Shown here: piece by piece, positions 52,701-61,358 of the stretch
How the letters are laid out: each line of letters begins with the position of its first letter
Position numbering within the stretch: position 1 is the stretch's first letter
Assembly (NCBI GenBank): GCA_963666835.2
Contig: CAXXGO010000006.1
Location: forward strand, 256,001 to 320,000
From: Phycisphaerae bacterium
GTDB lineage: Bacteria; Planctomycetota; Phycisphaerae; UBA1845
Length of the DNA stretch: 64,000 nt
Reading direction: 5' to 3'
Translations under genes and position numbers: made by a program
The notes under the pieces: model-generated
What the model was told of the DNA's origin: nothing
Seen by the model: only the letters and a program-made list of their open reading frames with translations
Database searches by the model: none

Positions 52701-53303
52701 GAGATAGCCCTCAAGAGCCAGCGCTTCGGCAAGTTCATAGTGACAGAGCAGTACGAAGCCGGCGGCGCGATCGGCGGCCGAACAGAGTAGAACGGTGCGA
52801 TAGGCCGTGATCGCTCCGGCCAAGTCTCCGGCCTTTGCCCGGCAATGTCCTGAGACAAAACGCGCCCGCACGTCGCCGGGATCGAGCATCAACGCCTGCT
52901 CGGCATGCACGCCCGCCCGCCCGGCGTTACCGGCTTCCCAATGAAGCACCGCCAGTGCCGTGTGGATTTCCGGATGGTTCGGATCATAGCGAAATGCGGC
53001 TTCCAGTTCGACGGCGGCCTCGGTGTAACGCTGATCCGCCATCAGCGCTTGCGCGGTCTCGAGCTTTGCGGCGGATCGTTCAGACAGCGGTTTGCGAGAG
53101 TCAGGCCCTTCCGGCCTGGCCATTGCGGGTTGAATCTCGCCCAAGGCAATGAATGCCCTGGTCGGGTCGACATCCGCAGCTAATGTCGGGGCAGCCGGAC
53201 TCCGCCGCGCCGAAGTGGCACTGGTGGCACAGCCGGCGATGCTGAGCGCCAGAACCAGAAGAAACCCCGTCCCGTCCCGCCGAACTGATACGCACTCGTG
53301 CAT
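49767..53303 (-). CDS. Large tetratricopeptide-repeat lipoprotein
   Basis: Lipobox IAGC, many TPRs, C-terminal N.VAY.W.D...AYLDTIGW..YK...DHLGD. Confidence 0.9.
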   Translation of the reverse strand: MHECVSVRRDGTGFLLVLALSIAGCATSATSARRSPAAPTLAADVDPTRAFIALGEIQPAMARPEGPDSRKPLSERSAAKLETAQALMADQRYTEAAVELEAAFRYDPNHPEIHTALAVLHWEAGNAGRAGVHAEQALMLDPGDVRARFVSGHCRAKAGDLAGAITAYRTVLLCSAADRAAGFVLLCHYELAEALALEGYLTAALEEYAAFEKAASAHPVAAGPPALSALLQVTNGSTGESRSAILERLGRFSEAADVLTPAVAANQDDAALGMRYVRLMMQAGRLDEARTAARAISSDDDEVIDLLRELHLQAGHPERLADDIRDRLSARPDESRLVLHLADALQNAQQPDEMRRVLQGYLLRHPDAADVRGRLIRSLAGAGMWHEAVRIAADGIRLDPERADALTAELTSSSRPAGIPSEILEEPEASEDDEATAYVRGVLASASELAELAERWFRASLTHRPEFLPARVSLARLLLREYRYAEALQVAGRREAEVPEAAVLERILGEICDRLDDENGAEQHLRAASQLDRDDTEAMLDLAELYRRSRRPLQAQRQLRILLERNPDHERARELLGFLYLREGKVDAAFGEFEELNRRATTPAVKGRCEAALGDFPPQDPAKYRAALQDSLGRYPADARTWIAVADSYSEFDEDQEPVRRAYLAALEIEPVNEEAMLGLVRVCQRLLLWEDAIAYLTELLPRRPNRASWRRHLIELHLNIQDYDTALTLLQEWLARQDLDKTARDEYRLLLLDTLWVDEQSAEAIALIKKWAADDPDDWEWAARLAGAFVQDGQASKAVPILEARRKTDPTDRTVQSALAETLVAAGQNDRAAQTALEWFYDDPENDRPVALMASVLANAERADDAIELVRSRLLHTSNRQAFQNSMIGLLKQAGHQDECIKWIEDLLDGALSVLRAMEEPVFDQMASVTDREEMIRLPDEPYAFSTVSDRLTGLRLNLAQELIAAERSREAEQQIQAWLEEAPDPNTRFGYLLALAWAQQELEEDSQAAQTMERALILRPDDVHLNNDVAYGWIDRGVRLEEAEAMIRFVVWQAPRQGAYLDTIGWLMYKKGEFAESRKWLGRANRALAGGDPVVLDHLGDACWRLGLADEAIAHWTAAVTAVEASDPEAEAISADYRRVRESSPAKIEAARSGGVPDVAPLASDEPADAEEVSAD

Positions 53304-53388
53304 TAGGGATCACCATGCGGCTCTTTTTCGAGCCAATCGACCGGCAGCAAAGAGAGGGCGATCGCGCGGGTCCAGGCCCCGGCCCGGC

Positions 53389-54036
53389 TCATTCCGAGAC
53401 CGTTTCGTCGGCGGGACTTTCCGACGCCCCCTTCGCCTCCCCGGTGAAGGACCGCATAATCAAACAGAACTCCTTAGCTTCGGCCGCAACGATATGCCGT
53501 TCCAGAAAGGCCTGCACTTCGGCGCGGGTAGCGGCGGGATGCACCAGATCGGCAGCTTGCAGTTCTTTTAGGAGCCGATCATCAACGGGAACGCCATGCC
53601 CCCCGAGACTCCACAACACGACGGATGCTACGGCATACTCGCCGGCGCCGTCCAGCTCCTCCAGATATTGCCGCGCTTCGCGGCGGCCCAGGTGCTTGAG
53701 GCGATCCAGCGAGAGCGTGTTCTCCCGGTCGAAGATAGACTGCAGAACGGTGATAAGCCGCTGACACGGGGCAAGCCGTTTTGAGTCCGGGTTGCCCATC
53801 GCGTCGTTGATCTCGGAAGGCCGGGAGACCCGGATCTCGTTCCAATCCACCATCGTCGCCAGAAGCTGATCGATGGCGCGCTGCGCTTCGACATCGCCCA
53901 CTACTTCGCCGATAACGGCCACTCCGAGCCGATGGAGCGGATCATCCGCTTCCGGAATCTCGGGCGTTGGAACCGTCTCGCGAAACTTGGCGTACGCCTT
54001 CTTCAGTCGCGTCCCGTAGAATGTTCCCTTCTTCAT
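53389..54036 (-). CDS. HhH-GPD (endonuclease III-like) protein without Fe-S cluster
   Basis: VDWNEIRVS, HhH-like LEELDGAGEYAV, LGGHGVPVD. Start overlaps the rbfA stop. Confidence 0.7.
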   Translation of the reverse strand: MKKGTFYGTRLKKAYAKFRETVPTPEIPEADDPLHRLGVAVIGEVVGDVEAQRAIDQLLATMVDWNEIRVSRPSEINDAMGNPDSKRLAPCQRLITVLQSIFDRENTLSLDRLKHLGRREARQYLEELDGAGEYAVASVVLWSLGGHGVPVDDRLLKELQAADLVHPAATRAEVQAFLERHIVAAEAKEFCLIMRSFTGEAKGASESPADETVSE

Positions 54037-54488
54037 TCCTGTGACCTCTGCGCGTTTTCGTCGTCGTCGGCCTGCGGCAGCTCGTCAGACCCCGGATCCG
54101 CCTCGCCGTCGGCGTCCTCGTGCTCGTCGTCGAGCTCCCCGCGCTCCCTCCGATTCTCCGCCAAGATGTCCAAGGTCACTTGCACCTTCTTGGCACGCTC
54201 GTCGATTTCGAAGCGAAGTTCCGGACAGAGACGCAGGGAGACCTCCCGGGCCACCAGCCGCTGGATATACCCACCCGCGTGCCGGATGGCCTGTAGAGTC
54301 TGACGCTCCTGGACCTCGCCCCCGGACACGGTAAGGAAGACCTTGGCGATCAACAGATCACCACTCATTTCCACTCGCGTTATCGTCGTAAGCGGATCGA
54401 TGCGCGGATCCTGCACCCGGTGATGCACCGCTTCGGCGATCACGTCACGCAACACGCTGGCTAGTTTCTGCTTTCGGTATGGTTTCAT
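54033..54488 (-). CDS. rbfA: Ribosome-binding factor A
   Basis: R..K....L...IAE....V.DPRI...TITRVE.S.DL..AKVF, LR..PELRF..D. Confidence 0.95.
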   Translation of the reverse strand: MKPYRKQKLASVLRDVIAEAVHHRVQDPRIDPLTTITRVEMSGDLLIAKVFLTVSGGEVQERQTLQAIRHAGGYIQRLVAREVSLRLCPELRFEIDERAKKVQVTLDILAENRRERGELDDEHEDADGEADPGSDELPQADDDENAQRSQE

Positions 54489-54581
54489 TCGCGGTTCGCG
54501 TGCAACATCTACTCGACAATCGGAGATCGTCGCCCAAGGAGCCCCGATTCTGCCGTTCGCGCCGTTGTGGCAGACCCCCGA

Positions 54582-54863
54582 TCAAAGAAGCTCCCGTTCA
54601 TACTCCAAGAGCGTCAATCCGCCGCACCGTCGGACTAACTCGACGATCTTGTCCAATCGAGCGTGCAGGCCTCTGCTGTCTGACGAGACCATCGCCACCG
54701 CCAACCGGGAGCGCTTGGCGCTGTCTCTGAAGGCCACTTCCGATACGGACACGTTGAACGTGTTGCGGAGCTGTTGTTTGATGCTCTGAATAACGCGGCG
54801 TTTGTCCTTGAGTGATTGCGCGTCGAACAAGGCCAGCTCCAACGTCAACACTCCGACAATCAT
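54582..54863 (-). CDS. DUF503 (YlxP-like) protein
   Basis: MIVG.L.LEL....QSLKDKR.V...I...L...FNVSVSEV. Typical position before rbfA. Confidence 0.92.
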   Translation of the reverse strand: MIVGVLTLELALFDAQSLKDKRRVIQSIKQQLRNTFNVSVSEVAFRDSAKRSRLAVAMVSSDSRGLHARLDKIVELVRRCGGLTLLEYERELL

Positions 54864-55992
54864 GGCTTAGCGTCACAAATCTCTTTCTCTCCGAAAAGGC
54901 CTCTGTGGATGTCGATCTCAAAGAGCCTGGTTTTCCCGTCGGTGGTCACGTACGGAATCACCCCGATCCTCTTTAGGGCCTCGATAATGAACGGCCAGTC
55001 CGCCTTCGGAACATTGTAGAGTTCCAGCTCACTCTCCACCTCACGAACGTCGAACCCATAACGGGTTTCCGAAGGGATAATCCCGTCCTGAATCAGCCGA
55101 GCGATCGACGATCCCGTTCCAACCTCATCGGAAACGCGCGGAAGAAACAGAGCCCGCACCCCCGCGGAACGTTCCTTGTGCATCACGACATTGTGATATT
55201 GGCGAACGATGAACTCCTGTCCCTCCGCCTTGTCGAACAGAACGACACTGCCGTCCTGCAGGAAATACTGCGTTATCAATCGCTCCTTCTGGGTGTTGCT
55301 CCTGGCGTCGCGTATCTGTCGACGCAGTTCCCGGTAGCCGGGGTAGTCACGGAAGGCCGGATGGCGGAGCGGCAGCACCACCTCCACAACGTATGTTCCG
55401 TCGCTGCGCACCCGGCAGGAATCGCCGGTACAGGACAGACAGTCCTTGTGACGGTAGATCCTCCCTTCCTCCGGGGCGTCCTCCTCCTTCATGAAGTAGA
55501 TGCCGGCTCCGGCAGGTGTGGAACCTACGTACATGTGGCCCGGCTGGACGGTCTTCTGCAGCCCATAACGAATCTCGGGCTTGGACGAATTGTCCGGTGC
55601 CGGTTTCGCCGGCTTGTCGTCCTCTCCATCCGACGGGTTGAAGACTATGTCCGCAAGCCCGCCGTCCTGAAACAACGGTTGGACGAACTTGCGGCCCACA
55701 AAAATGACAATGATGATGAGCAAGGCGGCGTAGCAGAGTTTAAGCACCACGGCGAACGGATTGAACTCCCCGGAGCGCCGGCGACGTGTGAAGACCCCCC
55801 ACTTCGCACCACGCTTCCGCTGCGCCGCAGACTCCTCGGTCTGCTGTACATCGGAGAACAGAAAATCCAACTCATCACCGGTGGTGTCAGGCACTTCGGC
55901 AGGTTTACCGCAGTACGAACAGCGGACCACCTCCCGGCATCCTCATCACGAGCCCGAACCGTATGACCACATTCAGCCTTGAATTCGATCAT
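54860..55992 (-). pseudogene. Zinc-ribbon + TM + PEGA-like protein with an apparent 1-nt frameshift near 55933
   Basis: MIEFKAECGHTVRARDEDAG (from 55992) continues as VVRCSYCGKPAEVPD in another frame. The join GCC GGG AG GTG is one base short. Confidence 0.7.
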
Positions 55993-56086
55993 GTTTGCGC
56001 CTTCACCGTGCTCAAACTACCGACTGCGGCTTCGGCCGTTACCAGCCACGGCCTCTCCCCCGGCGATCCGGCTGGTGCGCAGAACC

Positions 56087-58906
56087 TCATAGGGTCCGCG
56101 CGGTCTTCACGATTTCGTACGTCTCGACAATATCCCCAACATGAAGATCGTCAAAATCCTCGATCCTGATGCCGCATTCCATACCCTGACGGACTTCCTT
56201 CGCATCGTCTTTGAACCGGCGCAGCGATGCAATCTTCGTCTCGTCGCGGATGATAACTCCGTCGCGAATGATCTTGGCGAAGTGGTTGCGGTTCACGACG
56301 CCGTCAGTCACGAACGACCCGGCAATCACGCCGCCGCGGCGACTCAGTCGGAACACCTCGCGAACCTCGGCGGTAGCCCGACGCTCAATCGACTCCTCGG
56401 GAGCCAGCAACCCTTCCAGAGCCTTCTTCACATCGTCGCAGACGTCGTAAATGACCTTGTAAGGCCTAACGTCGACCCCGTGCTCGTCCGCCAGCCGCCG
56501 CGCTCCGGTGGATACATCAACCCGGTAAGCCACGACAATCCCATCACACGCCGCCGCCAGGAGAATGTCGCTATCACTGACCGCTCCGACCGCGGAATGC
56601 CGGATCGTCAGACGGACCTCATCCGAGGGCAAATCTCCCAGAGACTGCCGCAGTGCCGCCAGGCTGCCGTCAACGTCCGCCTTGATGATGGCGTTGAGTT
56701 CCGGAATCTCGTCGGAGGTTCGCTGCTGCAGCATGTCCTGAAGAGTGCGGGCCTTACGCGTTTGCTGTCGACTACTCTCCACGCGGACCTGCTTGGTCTC
56801 CTCCGCAATCTCCTTGGCCCGCTGCAGGCTCTCTACCTGATAGAGCCGGTCACCTGAGATCGGCACGTCGTCCAGGCCCCACACCTCAACCGGCAGAGCC
56901 GGACCGGCCTCTTGGATTCGTTGCCCGGAATCGTTGAGCAACGCCCGGACCTTACCCGCGGCACCCCCGCAAGCTACGAAATCGCCGACCCGCAACGTGC
57001 CGTCTTGGATCAGCACTCGAATGACTGAGCCGACCCCCATCTTGGTTTCGGCCTCAATCACCGTCCCGGTGGCCGGGATCGTCGGGTCGGCCTTTAGCTC
57101 GAGCAGACCGCTCAACTCAGCCAAGTGCTCGACCAGCTCAGTTACCCCCTGTCCCGTCGTCGCGGAGGTCTCCAGCACATCGACCTCACCGCCCCACTCG
57201 CCGCTGGGCGTTAGTCCCAGCTCCGCGAGTTGCCCGAAGATCTTCAGTTTGTTGTCGTCTCCCAGATCGATCTTATTCAGGGCCACGACGATCGGGACTT
57301 CCGCGGCCTGGGCGTGGTGGATTGCCTCGATCGTCTGCGGCATGATGCCGTCATCCGCCGCAACCACCAGGACCACGACGTCGGTGATCTGCGCCCCGCG
57401 CGCCCGCATCGCCGTGAATGCCTCGTGCCCCGGAGTATCAAGAAAAGTCACGGCTCCGTGCGCCGTTTCCAGATGGTACGAGCTGATGTGCTGCGTGATT
57501 CCACCGTCCTCTCCGGCAGCTACGCGCGTGCGCCGCACGGCGTCCAGGAGGCTCGTTTTGCCGTGATCAACATGCCCCAGCATCGCCACCACCGGCGGAC
57601 GCGGCTGAGGGTTCTTGCGCTCACGCTGGGCAAACTCGTCCTCGATCACGTCCAGCAATGTCTTGGCGGGAACCACCGTTAACTCAATACCGAACTCCAA
57701 AGCCAGCAATTGCGCGGTCTCGGTGGGCAGCGTCATGTTAATGTTGGCCATCAAGTTGTGCTCGTTGCGCAGCACCTTGAACACCTGCATGAAGTTGACC
57801 CCGGTCTCCGAACAGAATTCCTTGATCCGAACCGGCTCTTGGACCCTGGCTTGCGTCTTCGGACCGGTGGCGGCCTTCTGGGCTCCGCCGGTCGTCTTAG
57901 CGGTCGTTCGATGGCGCGAGATTCTCCGCCCGGTCGCCCCGGCCAGGCGTTCTTTCCGTTCTTGCAGGTCTTGATCGCGCCACTCGGCCAGCCGTTCTCC
58001 CGCGTCCCGCAGAGTACCGGCGGCACGGCGCGGGTTTATCCGGCGGCGGCGGCCACTCGCGGCGCCCTGTTTCCCTGGCTCCGCGGGGATCGGCGGCGGC
58101 GGCGAGCTGTCCCCCAGGTCTATACTCTCTTCGCGTTTTGCCGCCGGGGGTCTGCGCCGGATTGGGCCCAGATCACGCTCAGGAGCTTCATACCGGACTA
58201 CGCGCGGGCCCTGAAGCTTCGCCGGTGCGGGCACGTGCTGCGGACCGGCCGGCTTGACCGGCTTGCGCGGTTTCGGCCGCTCTTCCGGAGTATGCTCGGC
58301 ATCCGGCGCCTCCTCCCTTGCAACTTCCGGGGTCGCCTCGGCAACAGGTTCACCCTCAGCCGGTGCTTCCGCGACAATCTCAGGTTCGGGCGAAGGCGCA
58401 GCGTCCGGCTCCGACGGAGCCTCAACCGCCTCGGCAACCTCCGCGATTTCCGGCGCAGGCGTCGGCTCAACGGTCTCGGCCTCGGCAACTACCTCGGGTA
58501 CTTCCGAAGCCGCTTCCGGCGGCTCGGGGGCGGCAGGCTCTGGGGCAACCACCGGCGCCGGCGGGACACTAACCTCCGCCACGAGCGGCGCTGCGGTCGA
58601 CGGCTCTGCCACGGCCACCGGTGGGCTCTCCTCGACGGCACTCGCCGGAGGCGCAGAGGTCTTGGCCTTCGCGCGCCGCGGCGAAATTCGAGTCTTCTTC
58701 AGATCGACCGGCTTGGCGGTTTCCAGCGCGTCATGGGACGACGCCTCACTGAACCACTCCCGAATGCTGGCGTGCAAGCCGGCCGTGAGGGTCGACATGT
58801 GGTTCTTAACCGTGTCGATACCTTCCGCCCGGCACTTTTCGATGATCGCTTTGCTGGGGACGTTCAACTCCTTTGCCAGGATATGAACGCGCATTTTCTC
58901 AGCCAA
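56087..58906 (-). CDS. infB: Translation initiation factor IF-2
   Basis: TTG start, RVHILAKEL, GHVDHGKTSLLD, FLDTPGHEAF, SLRRFKDDAKEV..G.ECGI. Confidence 0.99.
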   Translation of the reverse strand: MAEKMRVHILAKELNVPSKAIIEKCRAEGIDTVKNHMSTLTAGLHASIREWFSEASSHDALETAKPVDLKKTRISPRRAKAKTSAPPASAVEESPPVAVAEPSTAAPLVAEVSVPPAPVVAPEPAAPEPPEAASEVPEVVAEAETVEPTPAPEIAEVAEAVEAPSEPDAAPSPEPEIVAEAPAEGEPVAEATPEVAREEAPDAEHTPEERPKPRKPVKPAGPQHVPAPAKLQGPRVVRYEAPERDLGPIRRRPPAAKREESIDLGDSSPPPPIPAEPGKQGAASGRRRRINPRRAAGTLRDAGERLAEWRDQDLQERKERLAGATGRRISRHRTTAKTTGGAQKAATGPKTQARVQEPVRIKEFCSETGVNFMQVFKVLRNEHNLMANINMTLPTETAQLLALEFGIELTVVPAKTLLDVIEDEFAQRERKNPQPRPPVVAMLGHVDHGKTSLLDAVRRTRVAAGEDGGITQHISSYHLETAHGAVTFLDTPGHEAFTAMRARGAQITDVVVLVVAADDGIMPQTIEAIHHAQAAEVPIVVALNKIDLGDDNKLKIFGQLAELGLTPSGEWGGEVDVLETSATTGQGVTELVEHLAELSGLLELKADPTIPATGTVIEAETKMGVGSVIRVLIQDGTLRVGDFVACGGAAGKVRALLNDSGQRIQEAGPALPVEVWGLDDVPISGDRLYQVESLQRAKEIAEETKQVRVESSRQQTRKARTLQDMLQQRTSDEIPELNAIIKADVDGSLAALRQSLGDLPSDEVRLTIRHSAVGAVSDSDILLAAACDGIVVAYRVDVSTGARRLADEHGVDVRPYKVIYDVCDDVKKALEGLLAPEESIERRATAEVREVFRLSRRGGVIAGSFVTDGVVNRNHFAKIIRDGVIIRDETKIASLRRFKDDAKEVRQGMECGIRIEDFDDLHVGDIVETYEIVKTARTL

Positions 58907-58981
58907 CGCCGATCTCCGTGCAGTAATCGTTCTATCTCGCCCCCCGCCGGGAATCCCCGCCGGGCAGCTTCACTTCCGGAC

Positions 58982-60403
58982 CTACGTCAGGTCACTCGAC
59001 TCGACCGGGGTTTGATCGTCGCTTTCCTCGGCCTCAGCCGAGACCTGCTCCGCCCGATCACTTCCCACATCCTCACCAACCGCCGCCGCTATCGACGGCT
59101 CCACCCCGCCGGACACTTGCGGCTCACTCTCAACCGTTCCGAGCGCCTCGGCCGATGCTTCCGCGTCCGGAGCATCTGTGCCGGCAAGAACGTCAGAGAG
59201 AGCTTCCGAGTCCGCCTGGGCGGCTTCAGCCGCGGCCTTCTTGGCCGCTTCATTCTCAGCCACAATGCGCTTGGCCTCTTCGGTGGCGATCTCCACGACT
59301 CGGTTCGCCAGGGTCTCCTCCAAACCGAGCTCGTCGACCAGGGGCTGGACGCCCACCTCTCCCAGATCGCCCAGGGAGATCATGCCCATCGCCAACATCT
59401 TATCGAGAACGACATCCTCGACGCCCTCAATGCCCTTGAGGGTGCGCTCCATGTCGTCCACGCTCTTGTTGTATTCCGCGGGTGTCAGAATATCGACATC
59501 CCAGCCGGTAAGCCGGGCTCCCAGCCGTACGTTCTGCCCGCGTTTCCCAATTGCCAGCGACAATTGGTCTTCTTCGACAATGACCGTGGCCCGTCCGAGT
59601 TCAAAACAGAGGAACACCTCTTTGATCTCCGCGGGTTTCAGCGCATTGGTAATCAAAACCTGCGACGACTCGTTCCAACGGACAATATCGATCTTCTCGC
59701 CGCCGAGCTCATCTACGATGTTCCGAATGCGGCTGCCGCGGACCCCGACACACGCCCCCACGGCGTCGACCTTGGAGTCGATTGACGAAACCGCCACCTT
59801 GGTGCGATAACCGGCCTCACGAGCCAGAGCCCGGATTTCGATCACCCGCTCGGCGACCTCCGGAACCTCCATCTCGAAGAGCTTTCGGATGTAGTCCGGG
59901 TGGGTTTGGGTCAGAATGATCCGAACCTGATTCTGCTCCTCGCGCACGTTCAGGATCATGCCGCGGACGCGTTCGCCCGGATGGTGCGTATCGCCGGGAA
60001 TCTGCTCGCTGCGCGGCAAGAAGCCCTCGCCACGCCCCAGATTGACCGTCAACCCGCCACTTTCATAGCGCGTCACCGTTCCGGTCACGACCGTACCGAC
60101 CCTCTCCGAGTATTCCTCAAAGACCGCACTACGTTCGTCCTCGCGGATTCGTTGGATCATGACCTGCTTGGCCGTCTGAGCAGCAATCCGCCCCAGAGTC
60201 TTCATGTCGATGGGGCTGCCGTCCGCCAGAGCCTCAATCTCTCCGCTCGAACGGTTTATCTTCACCACGACATCATCGGCGCCCTCGTCGGACTTCCGCA
60301 CCGCCGAGACCATAGCCGCCTCCAAATCGGCGAAGATGCTCTCCTTGTCGATGTTCTTGTCGCGGCTGATCGAGTCAATAAACCTGATTAGATCGGCATT
60401 CAT
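58982..60403 (-). CDS. nusA: Transcription termination factor NusA
   Basis: GRIAAQTAKQV, AREAGYRTK, GACVGVRGSRI, LSLAIGKRGQNVRL. Confidence 0.99.
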   Translation of the reverse strand: MNADLIRFIDSISRDKNIDKESIFADLEAAMVSAVRKSDEGADDVVVKINRSSGEIEALADGSPIDMKTLGRIAAQTAKQVMIQRIREDERSAVFEEYSERVGTVVTGTVTRYESGGLTVNLGRGEGFLPRSEQIPGDTHHPGERVRGMILNVREEQNQVRIILTQTHPDYIRKLFEMEVPEVAERVIEIRALAREAGYRTKVAVSSIDSKVDAVGACVGVRGSRIRNIVDELGGEKIDIVRWNESSQVLITNALKPAEIKEVFLCFELGRATVIVEEDQLSLAIGKRGQNVRLGARLTGWDVDILTPAEYNKSVDDMERTLKGIEGVEDVVLDKMLAMGMISLGDLGEVGVQPLVDELGLEETLANRVVEIATEEAKRIVAENEAAKKAAAEAAQADSEALSDVLAGTDAPDAEASAEALGTVESEPQVSGGVEPSIAAAVGEDVGSDRAEQVSAEAEESDDQTPVESSDLT

Positions 60404-60555
60404 AGCGGCTAGAACAATCCTGTTTGTCTGTGCTTCACCACTGTCGCACAGAAACCCGGCGTCTGTGCTCGCTTGTTTACGCCACCCAAAAGGCGACCAT
60501 CACAAACCAATCCGCCCGCCCGGACATCCGAAAACCGCCCCGGCAACCAAGCCAT

Positions 60556-60595
60556 AAAACAAAAAACGCGTGGGCGCGAACAGCACTCCCACGCG
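60556..60595 (-). terminator. Attenuator-like intrinsic terminator in the nusA leader
   Basis: Minus strand reads CGCGTGGG-loop-CCCACGCG-TTTTTTGTTTT, about 150 nt upstream of the nusA ATG. Confidence 0.8.
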
Positions 60596-60906
60596 GAGCT
60601 AAACCAACGGCGAATTGGAGGTCGCAACTCAGAGCATCGCGCCACTCCAGTCGGCCGGGCGCATTCGCCACGGCCCATAGCCGGACCCGTGCTGGAACAA
60701 ACTAGTCCGCACGAGTCAACACTCCACGTGTGGGCCCAACCAGGCTCACGACTTCATATCCTCACCCTTATGCACCAACCCGCCGGTAAGCCGTCCCCGG
60801 CCGTACCAACGAAGCGCACAACCCAACCCCGGCCGCTCCAACGAACGGGCCCGGGCTCAGACTCGGCCGGGAGAGACACGCTCCCAGTCAAGATGTTAAC
60901 TCGCAG

Positions 60907-60934
60907 ATTATAAGACAGCACCGGCGCCTGTCAA
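60907..60934 (-). promoter_or_regulatory. Consensus sigma70 promoter TTGACA-16-TATAAT for the nusA operon
   Basis: tgtcaa at 60929-60934 and attata at 60907-60912 on the + strand. Confidence 0.8.
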
Positions 60935-61358
60935 TTCGCCCTGCCCGGACTTTCCCCGCCCGCGCCACACCGTACCGCACTCAGCAGAGAATGCACCCTT
61001 GAGCACCGTCGCGGGTACACGCTACCATAGACCCCAACGCTTGCCCCGCAAAGGTACTCAGCAAGTAGAGAACGGCATATATAGTGCAGGCGGCTCTCAA
61101 TGAACGCTTGATATGGTGCAATGGGCCGAAACGCGCGCGCGAGGGCAATTGCAGCGAGAGTGTGGTGCCCCCGGCAGTAAGCAGCGGAACCTTGGCGGTT
61201 TACCGGTACCGCAGGCCCAAGGCCGGCACGGGCGGAAGGCTACGCAAAACGTCGCTCGAGCGCGGTCGGGTTATCGGCCCCCGAGCGGTCGTCCCCCGAG
61301 GCCGGGAGCTTGACGGCGCCTGCACAGCAGTGTTCGATGGTTTTGTTATCGGAGCCAT

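Noticed and set aside
57710..59785. 691-aa plus-strand ORF
   Set aside because: Antisense shadow of infB/nusA.
60404..61350. tRNA (metY-like) or rimP upstream of nusA
   Set aside because: No cloverleaf/TTCGA-CCA pattern and no RimP-like ORF seen.
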